Positions 63,265 to 64,000 of a stretch of DNA of 64,000 bases are shown here, piece after piece (the first letter of the stretch is position 1; each line of letters opens with the position of its first letter). This DNA is from Kudoa neothunni (lineage: Eukaryota > Animalia > Cnidaria), in the NCBI GenBank assembly GCA_964304625.1, contig OZ199838.1:2643702-2707701 (forward strand), in the 5' to 3' direction. A program made the translations under genes and the position numbers. Under the pieces are notes generated by a model. It was given only the letters and a program-made list of their open reading frames with translations, did no database searches and had not been told where the DNA came from.

Positions 63265-64000
63265 TTAATTCTTTTAGAATTTCGTTCATAACTTTAAACA
63301 TTTCGATTCATTTATGAGAAAATTCCCTTTTGATTTTTAAACGTGATTAAAAAGTATCTCTTGAACTAGGATTACCAGATATCTGAACTAGTTACCTAAA
63401 GTGAATAAAAAGTAGAAAGTAAAATGCAAGAATGTGTGTCGAGGGGACCACGCAGACCCCGCTCCGTTCCGGGAGCGTTATCTCATCGAGTCACTTTAAA
63501 GCTACGGTGAAGTCATTAAATATTTGTACGTCTCAAATTCTAACTGATAAAAAATTCCTTTTATCACTACTTTTCGATTAAAAGATTTGGAATTTATATA
63601 TATTTGAGAATATAAAAATTATCATAAATCTTTGGCCATATGCTTTATTTCCGAGTAAATATCCGGTTTTAATAAAAATTTAATACTTTTATGTTATTAA
63701 TTCGTCCAAAAGTCAATAAACAGCATCATTTTATAAATTTTTTAGGATGTTATTAAAAAATTCCAACGTTTACGTCTAGTTATGATAATTTTACATTTTT
63801 ACAATTGATATATTATCCGTAGATTTTAAATAAACAATAATTTTGAATATTTGTTCGGGTTGTATAAACGGAATATTTTTAAATTAAGATTAATGATAAT
63901 TAAACTTCAACTGAAGGATCTTAGTATCACATCAATGAAATCATAGGGTTTTCATAAATAGCAACTATAGAGTTGGTTGAGATATTATAAAGTACAGTCA

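Overview
AT-rich eukaryotic (metazoan) genomic DNA. Spliced genes with mostly 30-65 nt GT-AG introns are separated by regions dense in decayed DNA transposons. Genes I could reconstruct exon by exon: a secreted single-vWA protein (-), afadin/canoe truncated after the PDZ domain (-), a secreted vWA + acidic linker + Cys-rich (WSC-like) protein (+), a small single-pass membrane protein (-), NudC (-), glutathione synthetase (+), OSBP with two 5-6 kb TE-filled introns (+), INCENP (-) and an EndoG-family nuclease (+). Mobile elements include long-TIR Tc1-like relics, hAT MITEs, piggyBac (one transposase pseudogene plus orphan ends), a nearly intact Merlin, a pogo/Tigger MITE, a Helitron-like end and a tRNA-derived SINE. 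Extreme protein divergence and tiny introns suggest a reduced parasitic animal such as a myxozoan; this is inference only. The most notable candidates are: (1) two vWA paralogues whose three MIDAS loops each carry a conserved cysteine; (2) a spliced, +1-frameshifted DAPIT/ATP5MK-like ORF whose stop overlaps the GSS start (ATGA), inside a compact four-gene cluster; (3) two different hAT elements stacked at the same 8-bp target site. All family calls come from manual translation and recalled motifs; no database searches were run.
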